Below are positions 40,723 to 52,024 of a DNA stretch of 64,000 nt, piece by piece. The notes below the pieces were generated by a model, which worked only from the letters and a program-made list of their open reading frames with translations, did no database searches and had not been told where the DNA came from. The position numbers and the translations under genes were made by a program. Within the stretch, counting starts at the first letter, position 1; every line of letters begins with the position of its first letter. This DNA is from Azolla caroliniana (Eukaryota > Plantae > Polypodiophyta). The stretch lies in contig JBHGNT010000013.1 of assembly GCA_043228905.1 (NCBI GenBank), forward strand, positions 17,422,001-17,486,000, in the 5' to 3' direction.

Positions 40723-40726
<4 letters not shown>
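39282..40726 (+). mobile_element. Second, diverged family-B LINE 3' fragment in tandem, flanked by GA tracts
   Basis: WIAWNHLATPKRLGG, SLQKELLVSSRLLCW, VAKVFIWRVLIGGLPLG and CFFCTVQIEDSTHQFIQC parallel the upstream copy. (GA)n at 40727-40760. Confidence 0.93.
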
Positions 40727-40763
<37 letters not shown>

Positions 40764-40980
40764 TGATGACAACAAGGAGTATATTATATTATGTGAAGAA
40801 AGATACAAGAACTGAATTGAGACTTAAGACTGATGTTGAACCGAATTGGTTCTTAATAATGCCACGTGCCTCTTTTTATAGTGTGCTTAGGAGTACTCTT
40901 GACATTTCTAGAATGTTCTAGAGAAATCTAGAATATACATGCCAACTAATAAATGAAAACAATAATTTTTATATTATAAT

Positions 40981-41048
40981 GTATAGCTTAATGGTAGGGC
41001 TTCAACCCCTGTGACACAAGGTCATGGGTTTAAATCCTTTTGAAGCCA
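40981..41048 (+). other. tRNA-like (A box/B box) degenerate sequence
   Basis: TAGCTTAATGGTAGGGC (A-box-like) ... GGGTTTAAATCC (B-box-like) ... CCA. No acceptor stem, so not a functional tRNA. Confidence 0.45.
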
Positions 41049-41069
41049 TACCATGCTATATCATGACAC

Positions 41070-44000
41070 TGTTGGGGACAAGGGAGGTCGTCTATGCGGA
41101 AGATCAAGAAGCATTCGATTCCTGTTGAGTACCTGCGTATGAGAGATTGTAGGTCGTTGCATAGAGAGAGAGAGAGAGAGAGAGAGACACAAAAGAGTCT
41201 TTATTCCATAAAGCAAATAATACAACACCCAACCTTACAAAAAGGTTACAAGGTCACTATATATAGTGACCGACTTAGGGCAACTACCCTTTATGCTAAT
41301 TACATAAATGGCCAAAACGGGATAGTGTGAATACGTCCATTATACACATGTATTCGACACTCCCCCGTAATGGGCGTATACATGGGTTATCTAAGATTAC
41401 AGGTATAGACTTAGGTTCTCGGACATATCAGCTTTGTTCGAGTCGGCAGGGTCCGAAGGCAGAAGACCGAACTGGTCGGGTCGGAACAGTTGAAGCCGAT
41501 CATTAAGAAACTGATGTCGGTTGTCGGGAACCATCCTGCTCTGTGTCCGGCTCTAATCGGACTGGTTTGTCGTTACGCCCATCTGATGCCGAAGAGACCG
41601 AAAACGGTCTGCCGAAAGACACTTGGTCATTCCATCTGCGACATTGTCGGTTGTGGATATTTTCTCTAGACCGATTTTCCCTGAAATGACGCAGTCCCGA
41701 ACGAAGTGATATCGAACGTCGATATGTTTGGAGGCGTTGTGGTGAACCGGATTTTTCGACAAGGCAACAGCACCTTGACTGTCGCTGTAGACAACTGGAG
41801 CCGAGTCATGGTCGACTTGTCGAAACGTGTGCGCCAGCCGACCGAGCCACAAAGCTTCTTTTGCTGCGTCGGACGCAGCTACATATTCTGCTTCGGTCGT
41901 TGAGGTCGCTGTGCACTCCTGAAGTTTCGACTTCCACGAAATTGCTCCATTGCCGAATTTGAAGCAGTATCCGGTTGTTGATTTCCGACTGTCTATACAG
42001 CCGGCGAAGTCCGAGTCGGTGTAACCGACTACGCCTGAGGTTCGGTTCGGACCGAAAAGAATGCCGTGGTCTTTTGTGCCAGCCAGATATCTGAACACAT
42101 GCTTGACTGCGTTCCAATGCGATCGGCCAGGATTGTGCATAAATCTGCTAACGACTCCTACGGCATGAGAGATATCAGGCCGTGTCGCGACCATCAGGTA
42201 CATAAGGGAGCCGACTGCCGGTGCATACGGTACCGACTTCATATCTTCCCCCTCCGGGCCGGATGTCGGGCAGTCTCGCTGAGAGAGCCGAAGATTCATT
42301 GGGAGCGGGGTTGAAGCAGATTTGGCTGATTGCATGTTGAAGCGTTCCAAGACACGTCCGATATAGTCGGTCTGAGACAAAAAGAGATGTCGTTTATCGC
42401 GATGCCGACTAATTTTCATGCCAAGGATGTGTCGTGCCGGACCGAGGTCCTTCATGGCAAACTTCAACCGCAGTTGCCGAACGAGATCGGCAAGTTCGCC
42501 CGCGTGGCGTCCAGAAAGTAGCATGTCGTCCACGTAAATGATGAGGAAGATGGGTGATCCATCTTGAGCTGTGTTGGTGAAAAGACAATGGTCCTCATCG
42601 CTTTTGGAGAAGCCGATCGATTGGATGAAGTCGTCGAACTTCTTGTACCATTGTCGTGGTGCCTGTTTGAGGCCGTATAGACTCTTCTTGAGTCGGCAGA
42701 CTAGATGTTCTTGGCCAGGTGCCACGAAGCCTTTTGGCTGCTCCATATAAATTTCCTCCTCAAGATCACCATGGAGGAAGGCTGTTTTGACATCTAGCTG
42801 AATCAGCTCCAAGTTGTCGGCTGCCACTACGCCGAGCAGAAAACGAAGGGTTGTCATTTTCACCACTGGTGAAAAAATCTCGTCGAAGTCGACGCCATAT
42901 TCTTGTCGGAAGCCCTTCGCAACTAATCTGGCCTTGTACTTTGGGGTGGTCGAATCAGACGTCTCTTTTAGTCGATAAACCCACTTGCAAGGAAGAGCAC
43001 GTCGGTTCCTAGGTAATTCGACCAGATCCCAAGTCTTGTTTGCCCGAATGGAGTGCATTTCCGACTCCATCGCCAGATGCCAGGTGGCTGAATCGACAGA
43101 TGTCGATGCTTCTTCGTAAGACGTCGGTTCGCCGGCGTCGGTGAAGAAAATTCCAGGAGAGTACCTCTCCGGAGGTTGCGACAGTCTCTCGGATCGTCGA
43201 GGTAAGATTGGACTGGTCGCATCGGGTATCAAGGTCGGATGGTCCGAAAGCGAATTGTTCTGCTGTGCCGAGTCGGGGTTGTCCGAGTCGGTAGTGTAAG
43301 GTTCAGCTACCCGTGAAGCTGACCGTGTGTTGAGAGCGGGGCCTTCTTGAAGGGTCGGCACATCGGAAAATGTTACCCTTCGGACTTCGATCGGTTTTTC
43401 GACTGATGGATTCATAGCCGACTCGTTGAACACAACGTCCGAACTTCGAACGATTTGTCTGCGTTCGGGGTCCCAGAGTCGGTATCCCATTTCGCCGTCG
43501 GATCCATATCCAAGGAAAATGCATTTCCTGGACCGAGGTGCAAGTTTTCGGCGATCATCTTTCGGAATAAGGGCGTACGCCTCGCATCCGAAGATCCTCA
43601 GCTTGTCGTAATTCGGCTTACTGCCGATCCATAGTTCCTGAGGAATTTGAAGTCCTAGAGGTCTACTTGGCGACATATTGATTATGTGTACTGCCGTGAG
43701 TAGAGCCTCTGCCCAGAAGCCATCCGACAGTCCGGAGTGTTGGAGCATGGAAACTATCCGTTCTTGGATCGTCCGATTCATTCGCTCTGCGATCCCGTTT
43801 TGCTCCGGACTGTGTGGTGCCGTAAATTCACGTCGGATGCCGCGTTGTCGGCAGAATTTGACGAATTCTTCGGATTTAAACTCTCCCCCATTGTCGGTCC
43901 GAAAGCATTTCAGCTTTCGGTCGGTTTGATTTTCTACCATAGCGAGCCAATCTGAGAAGATCGAGAAGACCCGATCTTTGGTGCGAATTGGATAAGCCCA

Positions 44001-45730
44001 CACCTTTCGAGTCGAATCGTCAATAAAACTGACGAAGTAAGAGGCACCGCCAAGAGACTGATGCGGCATTGGGCCACAGACGTCCGAGTGGACCAAATCG
44101 AGAGGTCTCGTTTCTCTTGGTGCTGATGTTGGGTGTGATGCGGCTACTTGTTTGCCATACTGGCAATGCTCGCAGAATTGATGGTCCGAGAAGGAGAGTT
44201 TGGGGATGTATCCGGCTCTAGATAGGTGCGTGATGCCGGCCTTGCTGAGGTGTCCTAATCTTCGGTGCCATAGTGATGACACAGGAATATCCACCAAAAA
44301 CAGGTTACCCTCTCTGAGCGTAACATGTAACGGATACAGGGAGTGTATCTTGGGTCCTCTAGCAAGCAGGAGGTTCCCCCTGTGGAGTGTCCACCCTCCC
44401 GAAGAAAAACCGGCACGAATGCCGTCTTCATCTAGTTGTCCAACTGAGATCAATGGCCTTGAGAGCTCGGGTACATGTCGGACATTGTGGAGTACAAGTG
44501 TAGAGCCACCGGCAAGGTTGAGCTCTACTGTGCCGATTCCGATGATGTCACAGTGTTGCGAGTTGCCAACTCGAACTGAGTCGGAGTGACGGATCGTATA
44601 TTGCCGAAATTGGGATCGATGAGGAGTCACGTGAAATGACGCGCCCGAATCTAAGAACCATGTGCTCGATTCTTCAGTCGTGAGTAGAACTTCTGATCCG
44701 ACTGGATTTTCGATTGATAGTATATTCGGGTCGTCCGGTAGTACATCAGCTGAGAAGCTGACGTAATTGATCTCCTCATGCCGGCCACTCTTCTTGTTGT
44801 TCTTGTTCTTGAGTGCGCGGCAGTCGGCTTTGATGTGTCCGGGTTTCTTGCAATAGTTGCAGATTCGGTTATCCCGTGACTGGCTCCGTCTTCGCTGATT
44901 GTTCGGCGGCCGTGAGGAATCTCTTCCTCGTATGTTCGATCGGTCTGTCGAACCTTGTACTACGTAAGCGTCGTCTGTTGAGTCTTTGGCGAAAGACTTT
45001 CTCCGAGCTGCTTCGGTCAGGATTGCGCTCGTGACTTCGGAGTATTTAACAGCCGTGGTTGACGCGTTGCACACGGTTGTGACGAAAGTTTCCCATGATG
45101 AGGGAAGGCTACTCATGAGTATCATTGCTCTGAGTTCATCCTCGATTGCCGTCCCCTGTGACGAGATTTGGGAGCTTATGCTTTCGTACTCATTGAGGTG
45201 TGCTTGAACCGAATCGGATTCTTTCATCCGCAAGTTGTAGAGGCGCCGGATCAGAAACATCTTCGTTGCGGCGACCTTCTTTTCGTAAGTGTCCGACAGT
45301 GTTTTCCACAGTTCGAATGCTGTCGTACACGATTGCACCGTAAAGTATACCGATTCCGATAGGTGCACCGTAAAGTATACCGATTCCGATAGGTCCAGCT
45401 TCTTGATCTTCCGCATAGACGACCTTGATCTCCAACATCTGGTATTGGTGACAAGGGAGGTCGTCTATGCGGAAGATCAAGAAGCATTCGATTCCTGTTG
45501 AGTACCTGCGTATGAGAGATTGTAGGTCGTTGCACAGAGAGAGAGAGAGAGAGACACACACAAAAGAGTCTTTATTCCATAAAGCAAATAATACAACACC
45601 CAACCTTACAAAAAGGTTACAAGGTCACTATATATAGTGACCGACTTAGGGCAACTACCCTTTATGCTAATTACATAAATGGCCAAAACGGGATAGTGTG
45701 AATACGTCCATTATACACATGTATTCGACA
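41070..45730 (-). mobile_element. Young Ty1/copia LTR retrotransposon
   Basis: LTRs 41070-41359 and 45443-45730 are nearly identical. TSD GACAC at 41065-41069 and 45731-45735. PPT is CTCCCCC on + at 41360. Confidence 0.97.
41553..45416 (-). CDS. Copia Gag-Pol polyprotein (Tnt1-like), 1287 aa, with a rearranged N-terminus
   Basis: Zinc knuckle CNYCKKPGHIKADC, protease WFLDSGAS, integrase LWHRRLGH..CEHC / FIDDSTRK / TDNGGEF / NGIAERMN, RT YKARLVAKGF / LDVKTAFL / YVDDML, RNase H YTDSDFAG / TEAEY / DSQGA / ADGMTK. Confidence 0.96.
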   Translation of the reverse strand: MRKIKKLDLSESVYFTVHLSESVYFTVQSCTTAFELWKTLSDTYEKKVAATKMFLIRRLYNLRMKESDSVQAHLNEYESISSQISSQGTAIEDELRAMILMSSLPSSWETFVTTVCNASTTAVKYSEVTSAILTEAARRKSFAKDSTDDAYVVQGSTDRSNIRGRDSSRPPNNQRRRSQSRDNRICNYCKKPGHIKADCRALKNKNNKKSGRHEEINYVSFSADVLPDDPNILSIENPVGSEVLLTTEESSTWFLDSGASFHVTPHRSQFRQYTIRHSDSVRVGNSQHCDIIGIGTVELNLAGGSTLVLHNVRHVPELSRPLISVGQLDEDGIRAGFSSGGWTLHRGNLLLARGPKIHSLYPLHVTLREGNLFLVDIPVSSLWHRRLGHLSKAGITHLSRAGYIPKLSFSDHQFCEHCQYGKQVAASHPTSAPRETRPLDLVHSDVCGPMPHQSLGGASYFVSFIDDSTRKVWAYPIRTKDRVFSIFSDWLAMVENQTDRKLKCFRTDNGGEFKSEEFVKFCRQRGIRREFTAPHSPEQNGIAERMNRTIQERIVSMLQHSGLSDGFWAEALLTAVHIINMSPSRPLGLQIPQELWIGSKPNYDKLRIFGCEAYALIPKDDRRKLAPRSRKCIFLGYGSDGEMGYRLWDPERRQIVRSSDVVFNESAMNPSVEKPIEVRRVTFSDVPTLQEGPALNTRSASRVAEPYTTDSDNPDSAQQNNSLSDHPTLIPDATSPILPRRSERLSQPPERYSPGIFFTDAGEPTSYEEASTSVDSATWHLAMESEMHSIRANKTWDLVELPRNRRALPCKWVYRLKETSDSTTPKYKARLVAKGFRQEYGVDFDEIFSPVVKMTTLRFLLGVVAADNLELIQLDVKTAFLHGDLEEEIYMEQPKGFVAPGQEHLVCRLKKSLYGLKQAPRQWYKKFDDFIQSIGFSKSDEDHCLFTNTAQDGSPIFLIIYVDDMLLSGRHAGELADLVRQLRLKFAMKDLGPARHILGMKISRHRDKRHLFLSQTDYIGRVLERFNMQSAKSASTPLPMNLRLSQRDCPTSGPEGEDMKSVPYAPAVGSLMYLMVATRPDISHAVGVVSRFMHNPGRSHWNAVKHVFRYLAGTKDHGILFGPNRTSGVVGYTDSDFAGCIDSRKSTTGYCFKFGNGAISWKSKLQECTATSTTEAEYVAASDAAKEALWLGRLAHTFRQVDHDSAPVVYSDSQGAVALSKNPVHHNASKHIDVRYHFVRDCVISGKIGLEKISTTDNVADGMTKCLSADRFRSLRHQMGVTTNQSD

Positions 45731-46426
45731 GACACTTCCCATTGAGATAATGGTCACGAAAAGGGTTGTCAAATACATGCTAAAGGTTCCAAGAAGTCCC
45801 TCATATTGAATTCATAGAATTACATAGGAGCAAGCAAAAAGATCCAAGGGATATATAAAAGCAACATTTTATGTTCCAATTGGATACAAGATAAGTTAAA
45901 ATGGTTTCAATAATAGGATGTAACACACTTGCTGCATGATGCATCAATGGATTCTTCTATGAATGAGGCCCTTTTGCAACACCATTGTATCATGACATGG
46001 GAAAAATGTGGACGCTTAGACTTCACACATTATACTACAAATGTTTCATTTAGCTACAAAACCATATTCTTTGCCAATGGGGAAAACTAAAGAACAATAC
46101 ATGCTAAACTACCATCTCAACCATTGTTTCCATGTGAGGGCACTTTGTATACTATATACACTTTGCTCCAAACAAGTTCAAGTGTTTGCGTACCACACAT
46201 TGATAATGCTTTGCTTTTGATCACATTTAACAATGTTTTCCACATATCTTTAACAAAACCCAATCCTTGTATGAATTTCTCTCACATGACAATGTGTTCT
46301 CTCAATAACAACCACTCATTCGTAAGGTTCTTGAACATTGAGAGTTGCTACTCACTTTCATAGTATGTTACATTAAGATGTTATATTCTTGTTCTCCCAA
46401 GCCATATTTGAGTTTTGAAGACGACA

Positions 46427-46431
<5 letters not shown>

Positions 46432-46484
<53 letters not shown>
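46432..46484. repeat. (TC)n microsatellite
   Basis: Directly visible. Confidence 0.97.
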
Positions 46485-46487
<3 letters not shown>

Positions 46488-46650
46488 TTACACATTGCCA
46501 TGGAGTTACACACATGTGTATGAAATGCAAGCGGGACCACTGAAGATGTGAGCCACATAAGTTGGGTTCAGCTCAAGTTGATGACGTTGGAACCCTCATC
46601 AATAGTTGTAGTGGCTTTGGGCTTTCTTTGAATCTCTTTGATAGACCAAG

Positions 46651-46880
46651 ATAATATGTCTCAATGTTGACAGGTGCTTTAATATTGCTATGGGTAAGGA
46701 AATCCTTGGAATGTAAGAGCATTTGTCCATTTATATGTTTACGTATATTTTTATAAGTATAATAATATGTCTCAATGTTGACAAGTGTTTTAATATCGCT
46801 ATGGGTTAAGAATTCCTATGAATATAAGAGCCTTTGTCCATTTATATGTCTATGTATATTTTATAAGTATAATAATATGC
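46651..46880. repeat. About 111-bp tandem duplication
   Basis: ATAATATGTCTCAATGTTGACA.GTG.TTTAATAT.GCTATGGGT...TTTGTCCATTTATATGT twice. Confidence 0.9.
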
Positions 46881-47495
46881 AAGACTTTATGTGTAAATAC
46901 AATGTGTGTGTGTGCATCCTCGACTGTATGTATGTATATATGTATGTATATATAATATGATTACTTGTGTAAGTATGTGTATGTTAATATATTTACATGG
47001 ATGATGTTTGTAGTAATATTTATGCACATGAATATGTGCACATTTATATATTTATGTATGTGTTTATTTTTAAGTTCAAGTGCAAATGCACGTATATGTA
47101 AATTTTCCTATTAATGTGCGGGTGACTATGTGTAGTTATTTGTTGGCATGTAGGTGTATTTAAGGAAAAGTGTGGGTGCAGCGAATCCATGAATGATGGC
47201 CACGTCTCTTTTTGTTGTCTTCGGTCTTGTACACACTCTCGATTCACTATCCTAATCGATGGAATGAAATTTCAGCAAAGTTTCCGCCCCGTGCAAAAAA
47301 TTATCCCCTGTTTTATAACTTTTTGCCCCAAATAAAATAGTGGTTCCACTTTTAACATCTATTATTGCGTTTTTTCTTTTTGCATGCACATATCCTTATC
47401 TTAGCAATGGTGCCTAGTGCTAATAAACATTCCTCATGTCTATCACCACTTCTTTGAAGATAGTTGCTAGTTATAGCTCACATATTCCTTCCAAA

Positions 47496-47565
47496 GGTCC
47501 TATCAAGGTTTGAACCCTTGACCTTAACATTTCAAGCCAATTACTTTCACCACTTAGATTGTCTT
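47496..47565 (-). other. Second tRNA-like/SINE-head-like degenerate sequence
   Basis: The minus strand reads CAATCTAAGTGGTGAAAG...GGTCAAGGGTTCAAACCTT, with A-box/B-box-like spacing. Confidence 0.4.
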
Positions 47566-47666
47566 TAGTTTTTAATTTTAATCCCATCTTATTAGACTGC
47601 CTTTAGTGTCATGAAAACTTGATATTATGACACTTTCCTTGTTTGAACATGCCACATCATGACAAT

Positions 47667-47704
<38 letters not shown>

Positions 47705-49139
47705 GATTAACTTAAGTTCTTTACTATAAGGCTTATGGTAGTCACATGCATTAAGTGCTTAGATTATTCCATTATACTTTTAATAAATAGAGGTTTGGTT
47801 ATTCTCTTTGTGTTCTTTCTAAGTCCTTCAATAGATTAGGTTGTCTCTTAATTAATTGATAATAGTGAGACATGTTAGTAGATATCTTCTTTATGATTAA
47901 TGAAATCATTAATAACTTATGAGCAATTAACGACCATTCTTTCCCATGTCACTAATGGTAGGGCAGAGAACAATCCAACCATGGATATGTAACCTCAATG
48001 TGGAAGCATAATCAAGATTAAGACACAACATAGATATACCTATCATGAGCCGACACAACTTATTAAACCTTAACCCTTTTTCATCTTACAATGTGTATTG
48101 TTAAGTGTGTTTTATCACTTTGTTCTTGTGGTTCTTTTTAGTACAAATTGGTGATATTATTCCTTAAATTCTTTGTTCCATGTTTGATCACCACTTTGCA
48201 TTCATGAAAGCATCTCATTTGGTGATCATGCATTTGCTTGTGTGAGGTGGTGAGATATCTTAATATTACGTATACAACCAATTCTTAGCCGTCAACTTCA
48301 GAACCTCTCCATCCTCTCCCTACCCAGGAAACTAATTTGGTGCTTTCTTCCCCCAAACTTTTCCCCTAAGGCCTTGTCATCCAACAAGGATCATGTAGGC
48401 TTTACTCATAAAGCTAGTGAAAGCTTCTTACATATTGGAGTGAATTAAGGTGGTAGAGTTTGAAGATCAAACTTAGGGATTATTGAGAACCATGAACTAA
48501 CCAATGCCTTATTCGTAAAGAGGTCATCAAATTGGTGGGAAAATGTAAAAATGACCTCACATGTTCCTATGATAAAATGCACATGTTTGACCTTAACTTT
48601 TTATCAGTGGAAACTTGACCCTCAAAATGGAAACTAGGTCAACCCACCAATCTTATTATGGGATAAAAGTGATAACGTCACACAAGTAAAGGATGATACC
48701 AATAAATTACTCTAATGTACTTTCATTTGACCAATCAAAATTATGTTATAGAGTAGCCTGATCATGGTTCCCAAAAAGAACAGGAAGATCCTCATTTGCT
48801 ACTATTACAAGATGAACATGATATCATGCAGATGCACATCAAATCCGGGATGTACATGATCTTGAATGGTCAACTAATTCTCTTTGCCTTGCTTGTTCAT
48901 AGTTTGGGTTTATTCATAGTAGTGAGAACTGTCTTTTTCATGTTGTATAGATTGAGAACTCTTTTCTCTTGTCATCTCACAAACTAAATACATCATTTTG
49001 GACTCCATGTCCACAATCAATTTCAATCTACCTTTACTACCTCCGTTCATCTTGACCATGTTTTCTTTCATAGCCTCTAACTTTTCATTGTTATAAGTGT
49101 TACGAGCCATACCTCAATGTTTGGCTATTACTCTCAATC

Positions 49140-49880
49140 ACCAAGAGTGATTTTACTCACACTTGCTATCATCATCTCATTCTCTACTCTCATCCTCATC
49201 AACATTATCGCCATAACTTTCATCATCCTCTTTTTCCTCATATTTGTCACATAAATCATCATTCATATCAAACTTGTATATAGTCTTATGAAACACTTTC
49301 TTCCTATATATCATATCATAACCCATATCTTTTTCATGAAACGCATCTTTACCAAGACTTGCAACATCATTGTAAACCATACCACTATCCTCATCAAATG
49401 CAATTGTACCAAGCATGCTCTTATTATCACCATCAAGGATACAATCATATTGTAGGCCAATCCCATGATGATCATCATCATCCTTATTATACTCATTGTT
49501 ATAATCATTGAAAATAATATCTAAATCAACATCTCCCTTACAATCAAATGTTACCTTTATAGATCCTAGCCACATTATTTTTAAACAAACTCACACCATA
49601 CTCCATATTATCATTTTTAACTATAGTGCATATTTTACCTTAGCCATACCATAAACAAATAAACAATAACTACACACGACCATTTTTTATCATCAAAATA
49701 CTCACCCTTATCATTACACCTACTGTCTCATTCACCCTCACCACAATCATCATCATCATACAATCCTTACATTTATGGTCAAAACCTAAACCCCACCCTT
49801 ATCACGATCACGATCATCACATTCCCCAAACCACATCAACATCATGCACATCATCCTAAATGACATCTCCATCTTTATTT
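49140..49880 (-). other. Low-complexity Asp/Glu-rich (GAT-rich) decayed coding-like region, probably TE-derived
   Basis: ORF 49177-49575 is D/E-rich with no recognisable domain; CAT/TCA-rich on the + strand. Confidence 0.35.
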
Positions 49881-50393
49881 TATATCCACTTAGGAGTCAC
49901 ATACAAGATGATATGTTGATTTGATCCCATTGGTCACTGTTGGCCTCCTCATGGATGATAAAACATCTAGATTCTATTTTCTCTCTCTCTCATGTTTGGC
50001 TCACTTATGGTCAGATTCAAAAGTGCATGGATTGAAATTTTTTGGTAAGAAAGCTTATGGAGAAGTTAGCTATCTAAACACCATAGCTTTTTCAGTCGCC
50101 CTGCAACCCTTTGAGCATTAATGGAAGAAATTTTCTTAGAAGGTAAGGATTTACAGTGTTTCTTAGCATACTTCTACCTTGTGAGCATCTTTGGAGGCAC
50201 ATGAAAGAACTCATGGTTCCAAGTGAATATATGCATGCAATTTCCTGAATCTATAAGAATGTTAGATATTGTGTGCATATGGGTGATGAAATTTGAGATT
50301 TCTTAAATATAACTACATGTATTAAGCAAGGAAATTTGGATGAAAAATATGGGAAATGGTAACTGGAAGATGGGATGCAACCCACTAGCTCCA

Positions 50394-50735
50394 TGATGCA
50401 TTGATAGATCCCTCTATGAATCAGGCCTTTTCGCAGCATCAATGTATCATGTCATGGGAAAAATGCTCAAGATGATGAGTATCACATTTCAATACAATGC
50501 TCAAGCATTGATGATACTCAACTATGATGCATCAATAGATCCCTCTATGAATGAGGCCTTTTCACAACATCAATGTATCATGTGACATGGGAAAAATGTC
50601 CAAGAATTTGAGTATCACACTTCAATACAATGCTCAAACTTTGATGATACCCAACTAGGATGCATCTATAGATCCTTCTGTTGACGCATCCTAGTTGGGG
50701 GACTCTTTGCAACATCAATGTGCCATGACATAGGA
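50394..50735. repeat. About 131-bp tandem repeat (about 2.6 copies), with a dispersed related copy at about 45937-46040
   Basis: GATGCAT..ATAGATCC.TCT.TGAAT.AGGCCTTTTC.CA.CATCAATGTATCATG...ATGGGAAAAATG recurs. Confidence 0.88.
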
Positions 50736-52024
50736 AAGGGAAAATGCAACATCTATATCTCTTCGCGCACTCTAACGCTCTTTTTACACACTCTAAGGGT
50801 TTGAACCGGAATTATATTACTCTCTACTCTTTTTTAGTTCCCCCCTTTCATACTCATGACCTTTGTTAGCCAACAAGAATACTTGTATGTTCTATGTTAT
50901 AGGAATACTTGAAATCTAAGTTCATGGCATTGGAAAAAGGAAATCAACATTTGCACGAAGATCTACAATAAGTCAAAACTTAGATGAGGCAACAATATGA
51001 AGAATTGACACGCGTACAACAATTCAACATTGCTCTTATGTGTTTGCAACAACAAGGAGTAGGGGCACATTGTATATTGAGAGAATTGACGATCGTTCTT
51101 CTCAGAAAAATTGAGGGTAACATAAGTATCTTTTGATTAAGTACATTTGGTGATTCAAATGCATTCAACCCAATACCCATCTAATGCATCTAGACAACTA
51201 AAATGTACACTCCTTGATATGGCGAAAAATCCAAGACATTAGAGGTAATTAGAGAAATATATGTTTATCATAAAAAAATGATGGGCATAATTGTGACATA
51301 TGGCTTAAAATACTTCCGTTTTGTTTTCTTCCTTGCATCTTACATTTTCTCGTTTTTCTGAATGAAAAAGAATCTGATTTTGCTTCTCCAATCACAATCA
51401 AACTAGTACATGTGTTATGCATAACATCTTAAGGGCATTTATAACTGTATATAATGCAAATATTTTTGTGAATGAATTCCTTTTCACTTTTGGAACCAGT
51501 ATTGCTTACCACAAATTCAATACAATCACCACTTTACTCCTATTTAATTCTATTTTACATAGTGTTCTAAACAAATTTATTTTTTAGGGTTTAGGGTTTA
51601 GGATTAAGTGTTTTCATATCCTAAATGATGCATTGTTTGAACCATTTATGATTTACATAGTAAGTCAACCTACAATTGATGGTGTATTCATGCATAGTAT
51701 ATTAGTGGTAGTATCCTAATCTTGTGAGCCAATATGAATTCTGACTAAGAGTAAGTGTCTGCCCTTTAGGGGTTGTGCATCGATGAAGTGCAAATTACAC
51801 ATTTAGAGGCACAATTATCAAATCCAAGCTACTTGTTGCTTCTTGACCATTGGGTGGGTTGTTCAAGTCTACAAAGGTTAATGCAAGACTGGAGGGTGAA
51901 CCAAATTCAATTTCACTGTTGGAATCACTTGACGAGTAAATACATCATCCTTGTTCATCACTTAAGGGCACTGGATGGGATTGTGTCAAGGCCACTCTTT
52001 CGAACATGTTGAGAACTTCGGTAC

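Larger units (their letters stand above)
40764..46420 (-). mobile_element. Old copia-like remnant hosting the young copia: LTR-like 40764-41069 plus decayed internal region 45736-46420
   Basis: The pre-insertion junction TCATGACAC-TTCCC resembles an LTR end plus PPT on the minus strand. The minus strand near 46250-46280 reads FIQGLGFVK (copia RT-like). Confidence 0.4.

Noticed and set aside
40981-41048. Functional tRNA gene
   Set aside because: No acceptor or anticodon stem pairing and a degenerate B box; kept only as a tRNA-like remnant.
41706-45603. Antisense and alternate-frame ORFs over the copia polyprotein
   Set aside because: Expected shadows of a GC-rich coding sequence, with no independent motifs.
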